Of a stretch of DNA of 64,000 nt, positions 48,139 through 58,420 are shown piece by piece. How positions within the stretch are numbered: position 1 is the stretch's first letter; every line of letters begins with the position of its first letter. The notes under the pieces were generated by a model, which saw only the letters and a list, made by a program, of their open reading frames with translations, was not told the DNA's origin and searched no databases. Source of the DNA: Longimicrobiales bacterium (lineage in GTDB: Bacteria; Gemmatimonadota; Gemmatimonadetes; Longimicrobiales; Gaopeijiaceae); contig CBDFIQ010000001.1 of NCBI GenBank assembly GCA_965248195.1, positions 1,216,001-1,280,000 on the forward strand, read 5' to 3'. A program made the position numbers and the translations under genes.

Positions 48139-48290
48139 TTGCGATGCGGGGGGATCGGCTCCGGCCAGATGGGCGGTGCGGTCGGCTTGAGGTGGGCGGA
48201 AGCCGGCCACGAGATTTTATTCTCGTCACGCAATCCTGATGAGCTGACGGGCCTCGTGCGCGAGGCCGGGCCCCGGGCCGGCGCCGGTAT
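48139..48290 (+). pseudogene. Fragment of an NADPH-dependent F420-reductase-like (F420_oxidored) Rossmann protein
   Basis: IGSGQMGGAVGLRWAEAGHEILFSSRNPDEL..AGPRA matches the family N-terminus. Similarity stops after about 48 aa and there is no RBS. Confidence 0.7.
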
Positions 48291-48380
48291 ACGTCAGAGC
48301 GTTTACGGCTGCCGAGCTGCGGAAGGCTCTCGGTCTTCCGTAAGGAAAAAGTGGGTCGCACTACCAATTCTCAGGAGTTT

Positions 48381-49445
48381 ATGATGTGGCATTCAAGTTC
48401 AATCGGTCGAGCTGGATTCACCGTCATGTTCGGCGTCGCCTCGATGGCTCTGATTTCGCCTGTGGCGTTGAACGCCCAGACCGTGGCGAACAATCCGTAT
48501 CACGCCCAGTACGGCTGGGCGAAAATGCCGGAGGGGATGCAGATCGGGGTGGCGAGTGGGGTATTCCCCGATCCTGATCGCAGGCACATCTGGGTGCTGT
48601 CGAGGTGTGGCGCGAATCACTGCGCGCTCGTACCTGACGTTGACCCGATCCTGAAATTCGACTTGGACGGGAATCTGGTGGACAGCTTTGGTGCGGGGAA
48701 GTTCTCTTGGCCCCACGGTTTCTTCTTGGATCACGAAGGATACTTGTGGGTGACCGAGGGCGCCCCGGTCGGCGACGGTCGACTGGTAGAAGGAACGAAG
48801 CGGGGCCTCGGACACCAGGTCTTCAAGCTCAGTAAGTCCGGAGAGGTGGTGATGACCTTGGGCGAGGCGGGAGTTGCCGGGGCCGATGAGAGTCATTTCA
48901 ACGGACCCGCAGACGTGGTGGTCGCTCCCAATGGCGACATCTGGGTCGCGGACGGGCACCGCGGCGGCAATAACCGCATCGTCAAATTTTCGAGCGACGG
49001 CACGTTCCTTCTTCAAGTAGGCGGTGGCCCGGAATCCGTCAGTGGAAATCCGGGCAGTTTCAACGATCCGCACGGCATTACGATGGACGCTCAAGGCAGG
49101 GTCATCGTAGCAGATCGAGGCAACAACCGGACCCAGGTCTTCGACCGAGATGGGAACCTCCTGAAGGTGTGGACGCAGCTCGGTAGGCCGAGCACAGTCT
49201 TCGTGGACCATAACGACGTTCTCTACGCGGGCGATGGAATGTCTAATGAGCAGAATAACCCTGGGTGGGAGAGGGGTATCCACATTACACCGGCGGCCTC
49301 GGGATGGGTGACGGCGTTCATCCCAGACCGGGAGGTGCCCACCGGTACTGGAGTCGAGTTCCTGGGCGTGGATTTGGATGGAAACATCTATTCCGGCGAG
49401 GTCGGCCGCCAACGGTTGGTAAAGTACATCCGGACTAGGCCGTAA
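48381..49445 (+). CDS. Secreted PAL-like NHL beta-propeller (DGH/Glu variant), close paralog of the gene at 41380
   Basis: WPHGF, ADGHRGGNNR, DPHGI, ADRGNNR, GVEFL. AGGAG RBS. Confidence 0.88.
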   Translation: MMWHSSSIGRAGFTVMFGVASMALISPVALNAQTVANNPYHAQYGWAKMPEGMQIGVASGVFPDPDRRHIWVLSRCGANHCALVPDVDPILKFDLDGNLVDSFGAGKFSWPHGFFLDHEGYLWVTEGAPVGDGRLVEGTKRGLGHQVFKLSKSGEVVMTLGEAGVAGADESHFNGPADVVVAPNGDIWVADGHRGGNNRIVKFSSDGTFLLQVGGGPESVSGNPGSFNDPHGITMDAQGRVIVADRGNNRTQVFDRDGNLLKVWTQLGRPSTVFVDHNDVLYAGDGMSNEQNNPGWERGIHITPAASGWVTAFIPDREVPTGTGVEFLGVDLDGNIYSGEVGRQRLVKYIRTRP

Positions 49446-49532
49446 AGACGGTATATCTCAATCTGATTCAGCCAGCTGGAGGTCCACGGCGCGCTGCCTT
49501 CGGTCACCCGAGAGAAAAAAAGGAGTCCTGTC

Positions 49533-50762
49533 ATGACGAAGTTCTTTTGGTTCAGGAGCGCATTGGTTGTTCCAGCATTTGCCGCCCTCCTCCTCCCCTC
49601 TGCGGCGGCGACGCAGCAGGTGCAGCTACTTGCTGGCGGTGACACCGAGTGGTCCCAGTTTCCGTACCAGCCTGCCGTCGCATACATACACGACGCCGGA
49701 GGCTTTCGGGTCCCCTACCTGAGGCTCGAGGAAAACTTGGACGCGATCCGCGACCGAATCGGGCCGGTGGAGTTCGACGTGACATACGCCCAGCGACACT
49801 TCCTCACCATCCAACATGATCTTGAATTCGCGACAGAGCAGGAGGAATGGCGCCACTCGTTCCAGCGCACGAGGGAGCTGATCCAGAGCGCTGACATCGC
49901 GTTCATAAATCTGGAGATGCCGATCTCGGACCGGGCCCAAATGCAGCAGACGTCGTCCGTGGGTGCGGTGGCCTACGCCGACGCTTTGGCTTGGGCCGGG
50001 TTCGATGTGATTTCTATTGCGAACAACCGCATGTTGGATGCCGAGATGATAGGGGTGCTTGACACCAGGGAGGCTCTTTCGCGTGCGGGCATCGGTGCGG
50101 TCGGTGGTGGCCGCAATCTGAAGGAGGCCCGTCTGCCGTACATCGTCGAGCGCAATGGATTGAGGGTCGCGTTTCTAGCCTACACGTCCGGGGTGAGCTG
50201 GTTTGGAGTGGACGGGTTCGCCCGCCCGGGCGGGGCGGGCGTGATGGCAATGGACCCGTTCCTGATCAAAGAGGACATCGAACGCGTGCGGGACGAGGTG
50301 GATTTCGTGGCCCTTTCCTTCCACTGGGGGGTGGGGTCCCGAGAGCCTCCGCAGGACATTCCCGAGGAGGCACGGAAATTCGCCCAAGAAATGATCGATG
50401 CGGGCGCCGACGTCATAATCGGTCACGGCTGCCACTGCTCCAAGGGTGTCGAGGTCTACAAGGGAGGGGTCATTCTCTACGCGACGGCCAACTACGCTTT
50501 TGGCCACAGCCACGACTACTTCGAGGACTACTATCTAACGCGCCTGACGCTGGAGCAGGGCTCGATTCCGCGGGTGGAGCTCCTGCCCACCGCTGGATTC
50601 GGGCTGGATGTTGTTCAGCCCTACACTCTCGAGGGTGAACGAGCCCAGAAGTTGCTTCGTAGGATTCAGGAGCTCAGCCGGCGATTGGATACGGAGCTGA
50701 CCATTGAAGGCGACATCGGTGTGATTCGGCCGGGTCCCTTGCGGATGAGCGGTACGCCGTGA
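49533..50762 (+). CDS. capA: Secreted CapA-family (calcineurin-like metallophosphoesterase fold) protein
   Basis: GGD, ADIAFINLE, IANNR, FHWG, IDAGADVIIGH. Confidence 0.8.
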   Translation: MTKFFWFRSALVVPAFAALLLPSAAATQQVQLLAGGDTEWSQFPYQPAVAYIHDAGGFRVPYLRLEENLDAIRDRIGPVEFDVTYAQRHFLTIQHDLEFATEQEEWRHSFQRTRELIQSADIAFINLEMPISDRAQMQQTSSVGAVAYADALAWAGFDVISIANNRMLDAEMIGVLDTREALSRAGIGAVGGGRNLKEARLPYIVERNGLRVAFLAYTSGVSWFGVDGFARPGGAGVMAMDPFLIKEDIERVRDEVDFVALSFHWGVGSREPPQDIPEEARKFAQEMIDAGADVIIGHGCHCSKGVEVYKGGVILYATANYAFGHSHDYFEDYYLTRLTLEQGSIPRVELLPTAGFGLDVVQPYTLEGERAQKLLRRIQELSRRLDTELTIEGDIGVIRPGPLRMSGTP

Positions 50763-50887
50763 TAGGCGGCTCCAACATTTGCCCCTGGTAGCGTGCCACG
50801 TTACGCTGCCACGATTCACCCAGGTACCGGGCGGACGTCAGGAGTCCGGACGGGAGATTCATCCTCTACCTCTTCGGAGGGCGTACT

Positions 50888-52393
50888 ATGAAGCAGCTCA
50901 ATTACGCAGTCATGGCCAGCCTACTGAGCATTGCGCTTACAGCCGCGTGCGCGGACTTGGGAGGTCGGGGAGCTGGAATGGAGGGTGAGGGAGACGCGGC
51001 GGCAGCTCTTGATAGGGTTGGCGCAATTGAGCGCTTGGCTGAACGGGGGATCCCCCGGATTCCTGCGAGCGGATCCGCCCCGAGCTTCGTCGTCGATCCG
51101 GGCTGGCCGAAGACCCTGCCGAACAACTGGCGAGTGAGCCAGATCGGCGGTCTGTTCGTCGATCAGCACGACAACATCTGGGTGTACCACCGGCCTCGGG
51201 CGCTTGACGCAAGCGCCGCCGCCGGCCTGGGCATCGCCGGCACAAACGAGGCCGGCGTCCCGGTGAGCGGCTTGGGGCATCCCAGGCCCTTTGGCGACCA
51301 ACGTGCCGGATGCTGCGTTCCTGCGCCCTCGGTCCTCAAGTTCGACCCGGAAGGGAATCTGCTGGACGCGTGGGGTGGCCCGGCCGATCCAGGCTTCCTC
51401 GAAGAGAATTGCCGCGAGGAGGACGGCTGCTACTGGCCGGCCCGTGAACATGGAATCTTCGTAGACCACAACGACTTCGTCTACATCTCCGGAAACGGAC
51501 AGAATTTCTTCGGCGAATTCCCGTGGGCGGCTACTTTCGGGGACGACTCGCAAGTCCTGAAGTTCACGACGGACGGCGAGTTTATTTACCAGATCGGGCA
51601 TGCCGGTATGGAAGGTCCGGACAGCGAGGATATCGATGGTGGCCCCAACGGGACTCCGCAGCCTTATCTGGTAGCGGACATGACGGTCGATCCGGAGACG
51701 AACCTCCTTTACATCGCGGATGGTTATGGAAATCGGCGCATTCTGATCGTCGACGCCGAGACGGGCCAGTACGTGGGTCACTTCGGCGCCTACGGGCAGA
51801 ACCCAGTGGACGATCCCGATGGCACGGATTTAGACCCCTATGACTCCGGCCCGTGGAGCGCCGATTATCTGGCCGGCAATATGAAGCCAATGTTTTTCCG
51901 GGGTCCGTTGCACTGTGCGAAGGTCAGTCTCGACGGATTGTTGTACGCCTGCGACCGGGGCAACAATCGCGTCCAGATATTCGACGTGAACCAGGTCGGT
52001 GGAGTGTGCAGCAACCCCAACGCGGAGCCCGGCGTGTGTGGTTTCGTGGGTGAGGTCCACATTGCTCCGCATACGGCGAGTGGCACTTCGGGGGCGGTGA
52101 ACTTCTCCACCGATCCTGCGCAGAGCTGCCTCTACGTCGAGGATCTGGCCAACGGCACCATCTACATCCTCAACCGGGAAAACCTGCACGAACTGGACCG
52201 TATCGGTCGGTCGGGTCGCCAGATCGGCGAGTTCCACTGGGTCCATGTCGTCAGCATCGATTCGCAGGGCAACCTCTACACTGGAGAGGTCGACACCGGC
52301 CAACGGATCCAGAAATTCCTGCGTTATGGGGAGGAGACCGGATGCAGTGGCACCGGTAGTGCGGATGTAGGTCTGTATAACCTGAATAGGTGA
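50888..52393 (+). CDS. Large PAL-like NHL beta-propeller lipoprotein
   Basis: Lipobox TAAC, WPKTLPNNW, REHGI, ADGYGNRR, PLHCA, CDRGNNR, WVHVV. Confidence 0.85.
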   Translation: MKQLNYAVMASLLSIALTAACADLGGRGAGMEGEGDAAAALDRVGAIERLAERGIPRIPASGSAPSFVVDPGWPKTLPNNWRVSQIGGLFVDQHDNIWVYHRPRALDASAAAGLGIAGTNEAGVPVSGLGHPRPFGDQRAGCCVPAPSVLKFDPEGNLLDAWGGPADPGFLEENCREEDGCYWPAREHGIFVDHNDFVYISGNGQNFFGEFPWAATFGDDSQVLKFTTDGEFIYQIGHAGMEGPDSEDIDGGPNGTPQPYLVADMTVDPETNLLYIADGYGNRRILIVDAETGQYVGHFGAYGQNPVDDPDGTDLDPYDSGPWSADYLAGNMKPMFFRGPLHCAKVSLDGLLYACDRGNNRVQIFDVNQVGGVCSNPNAEPGVCGFVGEVHIAPHTASGTSGAVNFSTDPAQSCLYVEDLANGTIYILNRENLHELDRIGRSGRQIGEFHWVHVVSIDSQGNLYTGEVDTGQRIQKFLRYGEETGCSGTGSADVGLYNLNR

Positions 52394-55173
52394 GCCTTCG
52401 TGACCGGCTCGCGGAATCGGGCCGTGGCGAGTTGAGGTCCTGTCGTGCACAAGCGAGTTACGCTGCGTCGTATCTCGTCTTGATCTTCTCAGCTTCGCTC
52501 GTATCGGCTTCGACCACAGCCGCCCAGGTGGGCTCCGTGGATGGCCGCAAGCAGGCGACGGTGGCCCGCGTGCCATCGAATTCGATCCGGGTCGACGGGC
52601 GTCTCGACGAAAGCGTGTGGGCCTTGGCTGCCCCGGTCGCCGACTTCGTCCAGAAGGAACCGATTGAAGGAGCGCCCCCCACCGAGCAGACCGAAATCCG
52701 GTTCGTCTACGACGACAACGCACTTTACGTCGGCGCCCGCATGTTCAGCAGCACGGGTCCATCGGGAATCCAGGCGCCGCTCGGCCGGCGAGATAGCCCG
52801 TATACTCCGCAGCGTCGATCCGGCGGCCAAGGTGGCGGCCGCGGTCGGGGCGGCGGGCGGGTCGTCTCGAGCAGCGACGGCAATGCTCAGCTCGCCGAGT
52901 ACATCCTCATCTCCCTGGATACCTACCTCGACCGTCGTACGGCGTACAGCTTTGGCGTGACGGCCTCGGGCGTGCGGCTCGACCACTATCACCTCTCCGA
53001 CAGCGAAGCGAGCATCGATCAGCGATTCGATCCGGTTTGGGAGGCGTCGGTGACGATCGATCAGGAGGGATGGACCGCTGAGATGTGGATTCCGTTCACC
53101 CAACTGCGTTTCATCGAGGGGCGCGAACAGACTTGGGGCTTGAACGTACACCGCTGGATCCCGTCGAAGAACGAAGACGACTACTGGGTGGCTGTGCCTC
53201 GAACGGAGGACTTTTGGGCTTCGCGCTTTGGCGAGCTCCGGGGAATCCGGGCTATCGACCAGAGCACCCGGCTCGAGGTGCTGCCCTACGTAACGGGCGG
53301 GTCAACAGTCCGGGGCAATACCGATCCTGCGAATCCATTTACCGACGCGCTCAACCTGGAGGGGCGGATCGGGGCAGACTTCAAGATGGGAGTGGGGCCC
53401 AATCTGACGCTGGATGCCACGGTGACACCGGACTTCGGGCAGGTGGAGGTGGATCCCGCCGTCGTCAACCTCAGCGACCGCGAGGTAATCTTTCCCGAGC
53501 GACGTCCATTCTTCACTGAGGGAAGCGCCCTGCTCAACGGTCCGACCACCAACTATTTCCATTCGCGGCGAATCGGAGCGACTCCGCAAGGGACGGCAGC
53601 GGGCGACTTCGTCGATTTCCCGGGCGTTGCGACCATCCTGGGAGCCGCGAAGCTGACCGGACGGCTCTCCACCGGCACGTCGGTGGGCGTCCTGGGAGCT
53701 GTCACGGGGGCGGAACACTCGCAAACCTTCGACCTCGCGTCCGGAACGTTCGACGAAGTACGTGTCGCACCTCGAACCGTTTACGGTGTGGTACGGATCC
53801 AACAGGAGTTCGGCGCGGCTGGATCGACGGCGAGCCTCATCGCGACCGGCGTTCAACGCGACCTCGAACCCCGTGATCCCCTGGCAGCACTGCTGCGTCG
53901 CCATGCGCTGATGGTGGGCGGCGAGGCCCTACTGCGGCTCGGTGGAGGTGCCTACGAGGTTTCAATCAGTGGAGGTCTCACTCGCGTCGATGGAGACAAG
54001 GAAGCCATCCTGCGCGCTCAGCGAGCGAGCGAGCGGTACTTTCAACGGCCCGACGCCACCCATGTGGAGGTGGACCCGAACAGACTCAGCATGACCGGGG
54101 GCAAGGCCACGGTGGACGCCCGAAAGGTCAGCGGCACCCACTGGCTTTGGGATACCTCAGTCGACTTCGAATCCCCCGACCTTGTCCTCAACGACGTGGG
54201 GCGTCTGGGCACGGGCGATGGGATCATGGCTCGGACGGGGCTGACCTATCGTGAGACCCAGCCTGGGGAACGGCTCAGAAGCTATCGTTTCAGGGTCGGT
54301 CAGACCTCCGAATGGAATTATGGTGGCGAGCGCCAATTCACGAGATTGAGCTCCGATGCCGCACTCACGTGGAGCAACTTCTGGACGACACGCGTATCGA
54401 CGCAATTCAGCACACGCGCCCAGGATCATCGCCTGACAAGGGGAGGTCCGTCGGTTGGAACGGCGCGAGGCTGGTCGTCGTCGATCGATCTCGAAAACAA
54501 CCCTACGGACCAGACCCGGTGGAGTGCCGCCCTGCAGTACGGACGGGACGAGTGGGGAGGGATGACCGGGGGCGTCGAAGGAAGCATCGCGATGGTTCCC
54601 GGGCCACGGTGGCAGCTGTCACTCCGACCCTCGTATGAACGCGAGGTGAATCCGAGACAGTACGTGACCGAGCTGAGCGGAGGGGCGCCGGCTACGTACG
54701 GCAACCGGTACATCTTCGGATTCATCGATCGCACCACGCTCGCCACGGAGGTACGCGTGAACTTCACCCTCATGCCCGACCTCAACCTGGATCTTTACGC
54801 CCAGCCCTTCGCGGCGAGCGGTCGTTATTACGACTTGGGCGAGCTACCTGAGCCACGCAGCCGGAATCTAAGGACCTACGGTACGGATGGAACGACCCTC
54901 GAGCGCCGCCCAGACGGAGATTACGAAGTCACCGACGGCGTGGATACGTTCCTTCTTACGAATCTGGATTTCAACGTGCGCTCTTTCCGCAGCACCAGTG
55001 TTCTCCGGTGGGAGTGGCGCCCCGGGAGCACGCTCTACGTCGTTTGGCAGCAGGATCGCTCGGGTCTCGAAGAAATCGGCGCACGCGCGGGTCCGGGCGA
55101 CTTGTTCGGGTCACTCACGGCTTCCGGCGACAACTTTTTCGCCGTCAAAGTGAGTTATTGGCTGGGCGTTTAA
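52390..55173 (+). CDS. CBM9-like plus DUF5916 outer-membrane protein
   Basis: VDGRLDE..W, YDDNALYVG, WTAEMWIPF, PDFGQVE, PERRPFF, VLRWEWRPGS, KVSYW. Confidence 0.85.
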   Translation: MSLRDRLAESGRGELRSCRAQASYAASYLVLIFSASLVSASTTAAQVGSVDGRKQATVARVPSNSIRVDGRLDESVWALAAPVADFVQKEPIEGAPPTEQTEIRFVYDDNALYVGARMFSSTGPSGIQAPLGRRDSPYTPQRRSGGQGGGRGRGGGRVVSSSDGNAQLAEYILISLDTYLDRRTAYSFGVTASGVRLDHYHLSDSEASIDQRFDPVWEASVTIDQEGWTAEMWIPFTQLRFIEGREQTWGLNVHRWIPSKNEDDYWVAVPRTEDFWASRFGELRGIRAIDQSTRLEVLPYVTGGSTVRGNTDPANPFTDALNLEGRIGADFKMGVGPNLTLDATVTPDFGQVEVDPAVVNLSDREVIFPERRPFFTEGSALLNGPTTNYFHSRRIGATPQGTAAGDFVDFPGVATILGAAKLTGRLSTGTSVGVLGAVTGAEHSQTFDLASGTFDEVRVAPRTVYGVVRIQQEFGAAGSTASLIATGVQRDLEPRDPLAALLRRHALMVGGEALLRLGGGAYEVSISGGLTRVDGDKEAILRAQRASERYFQRPDATHVEVDPNRLSMTGGKATVDARKVSGTHWLWDTSVDFESPDLVLNDVGRLGTGDGIMARTGLTYRETQPGERLRSYRFRVGQTSEWNYGGERQFTRLSSDAALTWSNFWTTRVSTQFSTRAQDHRLTRGGPSVGTARGWSSSIDLENNPTDQTRWSAALQYGRDEWGGMTGGVEGSIAMVPGPRWQLSLRPSYEREVNPRQYVTELSGGAPATYGNRYIFGFIDRTTLATEVRVNFTLMPDLNLDLYAQPFAASGRYYDLGELPEPRSRNLRTYGTDGTTLERRPDGDYEVTDGVDTFLLTNLDFNVRSFRSTSVLRWEWRPGSTLYVVWQQDRSGLEEIGARAGPGDLFGSLTASGDNFFAVKVSYWLGV

Positions 55174-55264
55174 ATCAATGGCCGCTGCTTTGCGGAAAAA
55201 AATGGTGTGACGTATTCTACCTTGGCGTCCACCATCGGGAGCGTTCTGGAAGGGAAGAGTTACG

Positions 55265-56332
55265 ATGTCACTACATACTTGCAAGAGACCGAGTCTCCTC
55301 CTGTCACTGATCATCGGTCTGATATCACTTTCGGCAGTGACAACCCACGCGCAGGGCCGAGTGGAGCCTATCAACGATCTCCCACATCCCTATGAAACCA
55401 CGAGAAATTGGGGCACGCTGGGGGGGGAAAGGGAATTGGGGTCGACGAGCGGGATTCACGTCGATCGTGACGGCAGGTCCATTTGGGCTTTCGAGAGGTG
55501 CGGTGGAGGTTCCTGCATCGGTTCTGGTGTGGATCCCATCCTCAAATTGGATGAGTCCGGAAACCTCCTTCGTTCCTTCGGCGCGGCGATGTTCGTATAC
55601 CCGCACGGCATCCATGTGGATCGGGACGGAAACGTGTGGGTGGCTGACGCCCGAGGCCCGAGTGAGCGAGAAATTGAGAGGTACCCGGACGCGAGACGGA
55701 AGGGCCAGCAGGTCGTCAAATTCAGTCCGGAAGGTGAGGTCCTCTTGATACTGGGAACGCCAGGCGTCACCGGAGACCCACCACGAGCCTTGACCGAGCC
55801 GACGGACGTTGTCACCGCTCCGAATGGCGACATCTTTGTCGCCGAAGGCCACGCCGGGACGGGGGTCGCACGTGTCTCGAAGTTTGCACCCGACGGGACG
55901 TTCATCAAGAGCTGGGGATCGTTGGGGTCCGACCGGGGCGAATTCAGGGTGACCCATAATCTTGCCATGGATTCGCAGGGCCGACTCTTCGTGGCCGATC
56001 GGCTGAACTACAGAGTCCAGATCTTCGATCAGGAGGGGAATCTCCTCGACGTGTGGAAGCAGTTCGGTCAACCGAGCGGGCTCTACATCGACGACAACGA
56101 CGTGCTTTACGTGGCCGACTCCCACTCCTGGGGGCCCAACAACAGGGGGTGGAGGAAGGGCATCAGGATCGGGAGCGTGCGCGACGGGACGGTTAAATAT
56201 TTTTTGCCCGATCTCGAGTCGACCACTCACGCCAACAGCGGAGCGGAGGGCGTCACGGCCGACGCACAGGGCAATGTGTATGGGGGGATCGTGCGCAGGC
56301 GAGGGATAGAGAAACACGTTCTACGCAATTAG
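55265..56332 (+). CDS. Secreted PAL-like NHL beta-propeller (EGH/Glu variant)
   Basis: YPHGI, AEGH, VTHNL, ADRLNYR, GAEGV. Signal peptide. Confidence 0.87.
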   Translation: MSLHTCKRPSLLLSLIIGLISLSAVTTHAQGRVEPINDLPHPYETTRNWGTLGGERELGSTSGIHVDRDGRSIWAFERCGGGSCIGSGVDPILKLDESGNLLRSFGAAMFVYPHGIHVDRDGNVWVADARGPSEREIERYPDARRKGQQVVKFSPEGEVLLILGTPGVTGDPPRALTEPTDVVTAPNGDIFVAEGHAGTGVARVSKFAPDGTFIKSWGSLGSDRGEFRVTHNLAMDSQGRLFVADRLNYRVQIFDQEGNLLDVWKQFGQPSGLYIDDNDVLYVADSHSWGPNNRGWRKGIRIGSVRDGTVKYFLPDLESTTHANSGAEGVTADAQGNVYGGIVRRRGIEKHVLRN

Positions 56333-56346
56333 TCCGGAATCTTAAC

Positions 56347-58404
56347 ATGACGAGGAAAACCATGACTCCACTCCTGAACGGCTCCAGCCTCTCGCTTGTC
56401 CGGCTCGGCTCGATCACCGCTGTCTCGCTCATGTTGTTCTTGGGTGCGGGAAGTGTGGTCACCGCCCAGGAGCCCTACAACCCCCGTGGAGAGTGGCGGT
56501 ATTGGGGAGGGGGCCCATGGACCACTCGTTACTCGCCCTTGGACGAGATCAACGCTGACAACTTCGAGGATCTCGAGGTGGCCTGGCTCTGGAGGGGCGA
56601 CAACTTTGGCCCCAGTCCAGACTACGTTTTTCGGTCGACACCCATCTACGTCGACGGAAAGTTATTCACCGTGGCCGGAGCGCGCCGGACGGTGGTCGCT
56701 ATAGATCCCTCCACAGGCGAGACCCTGTGGAGCTTCCGGGAGCCCCACACGCTTCGCTACGACCGCTCGGAGCGGTACAACTACGGCAAGGGCGTGGCCT
56801 ACGCGGAAGTGGATGGCCGCGGTGTGATCTACGTGACCACGCCTGCGTTCTTCCTTCACGCTCTCGACGCTGAAACGGGCCGGCCACTGGAGGGCTTCGG
56901 AGCGAGGGTGCCGATCGACGGATTCCCCGAAACGGGCACGGTGGACCTCCTGGCGGACCTCGGCCATCCCTATGACCCGCATGAGGGAATCGACCGGCGC
57001 GTCGGCAACATCACCGCTTCTTCGCCGCCCATCGTTGTGAACGGCGTGGTGGTTATTGGAAACTCCTCCTCTCGAGGCCGCTACAACACCCGCATAGAAA
57101 ACGTGCCTGGGGATATTCTGGCTTATGACGCGCGGACCGGTGAACACCTATGGAAGTTCAAGACCATTCCTGGGCCCGGCGAATTCGGCCACGACACGTG
57201 GGAGAACGACGCTTGGTCCTGGACTGGCAACGTCAATGCTTGGCCCCCTCTGTCCGCCGACCCGGAGTTGGGCCTCGTCTACATTCCCACCGATGCGCCG
57301 ACAAACGACTACTACGGCGGGTTCCGCCCAGGCGACAACTTATTCGCCAACAGCATCGTCGCCCTGGACGTGCAGACTGGGGAACGGGTGTGGCACTTCC
57401 AGACGGTCCACCACGACGTATGGGACTGGGACCAGCCAGTGGCACCCAACTTGGTCGACGTCACGGTAAACGGGCGGAGGATCAGGGCATTGGTGCAGAC
57501 AACGAAACAAGCGTTCGCCTACGTACTGGATCGGGCGACGGGTGAGCCTGTGTGGCCAATCGTTGAGCGCCCCGTCACGCCGTCGGAGGTCCCCGGCGAG
57601 CAGCTCTCGCCGACGCAGCCGCACCCGACTCTACCGGCTGGCTACGAGCTTCAGGGAATTACAGAGGACGACCTCATCGATTTTACTCCTGAACTCCGGG
57701 AAATGGCACTCGAGATCGCGAGCGAGTTTCAGCTCGGACCGCTGTTCACACCGGCCTTGCCTGTGGACAATGCTGCCGGGCTCCGAGGGTCGGTCACTTG
57801 CCCGGGGAGTGGAGGTGGGACGAACATTGCTGGCGGTGCCGCGGTGGATCCAGAGACGGGAATCATGTATGTGGCATCCGTCAAGGGGTGCAGCGGTAGG
57901 GCCATGGTTCCGGGAACCGAGCGGGACGTTCCGGAGTCCATCTTCACCTTCGGTGAGACGGTCTCGGAATGGGCTGCGGGCGGTGGCGGCTTCGGCAATG
58001 TGGACGGTCTCCCGATCTTCAAGCCACCGTACGGCCGGATCACCGCCATCGATCTGAACACCGGCGAGCACCTCTGGTGGATCCCCAACGGAGACACTCC
58101 GGAACGGATCAGGAATCACCCCCGACTTCAGGGGATAGAGCTTCCGAATACCGGGCAGGGGAGTCATGCCACGGTACTGGTGACCGAGAGCCTCCTCATG
58201 TACGGAGAGGGCCGCGGGGGAGAGCCCCATTTCCACGCAGTGGACAAGCGCACGGGGGAGCGGCTTGGAACGATCGAGCTTCCGGCACCATCCAGTACTG
58301 CTCCCATGACGTTCTTGCACGAGGGTCGACAGTACATCGTCGTTCCGATCGCGTCGGGGCAGGCGGGGATTGCTGGGTCGCTTATTGCGGTACGGCTTCC
58401 GTGA
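56347..58404 (+). CDS. Secreted PQQ-dependent dehydrogenase, close paralog of the gene at 25018
   Basis: GEWRYWG, TRYSPLD, RGDNFGP, ENVPGDILAYD, HHDVWDWD, KPPYGRITAID. Confidence 0.92.
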   Translation: MTRKTMTPLLNGSSLSLVRLGSITAVSLMLFLGAGSVVTAQEPYNPRGEWRYWGGGPWTTRYSPLDEINADNFEDLEVAWLWRGDNFGPSPDYVFRSTPIYVDGKLFTVAGARRTVVAIDPSTGETLWSFREPHTLRYDRSERYNYGKGVAYAEVDGRGVIYVTTPAFFLHALDAETGRPLEGFGARVPIDGFPETGTVDLLADLGHPYDPHEGIDRRVGNITASSPPIVVNGVVVIGNSSSRGRYNTRIENVPGDILAYDARTGEHLWKFKTIPGPGEFGHDTWENDAWSWTGNVNAWPPLSADPELGLVYIPTDAPTNDYYGGFRPGDNLFANSIVALDVQTGERVWHFQTVHHDVWDWDQPVAPNLVDVTVNGRRIRALVQTTKQAFAYVLDRATGEPVWPIVERPVTPSEVPGEQLSPTQPHPTLPAGYELQGITEDDLIDFTPELREMALEIASEFQLGPLFTPALPVDNAAGLRGSVTCPGSGGGTNIAGGAAVDPETGIMYVASVKGCSGRAMVPGTERDVPESIFTFGETVSEWAAGGGGFGNVDGLPIFKPPYGRITAIDLNTGEHLWWIPNGDTPERIRNHPRLQGIELPNTGQGSHATVLVTESLLMYGEGRGGEPHFHAVDKRTGERLGTIELPAPSSTAPMTFLHEGRQYIVVPIASGQAGIAGSLIAVRLP

Positions 58405-58420
58405 CGGCGCCTGCTGGCCT

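Noticed and set aside
49533..50762. Poly-gamma-glutamate capsule locus
   Set aside because: No capB or capC is present. Stand-alone CapA-fold proteins are widespread.
25018..58404. Lanthanide-dependent PQQ enzymes inferred from DxD motifs (WDRD, WDFD, LDLD, WDWD)
   Set aside because: Gcd-type enzymes carry DxD at this position regardless of metal. These proteins lack the XoxF/ExaF vicinal CC, so the motif is not diagnostic.
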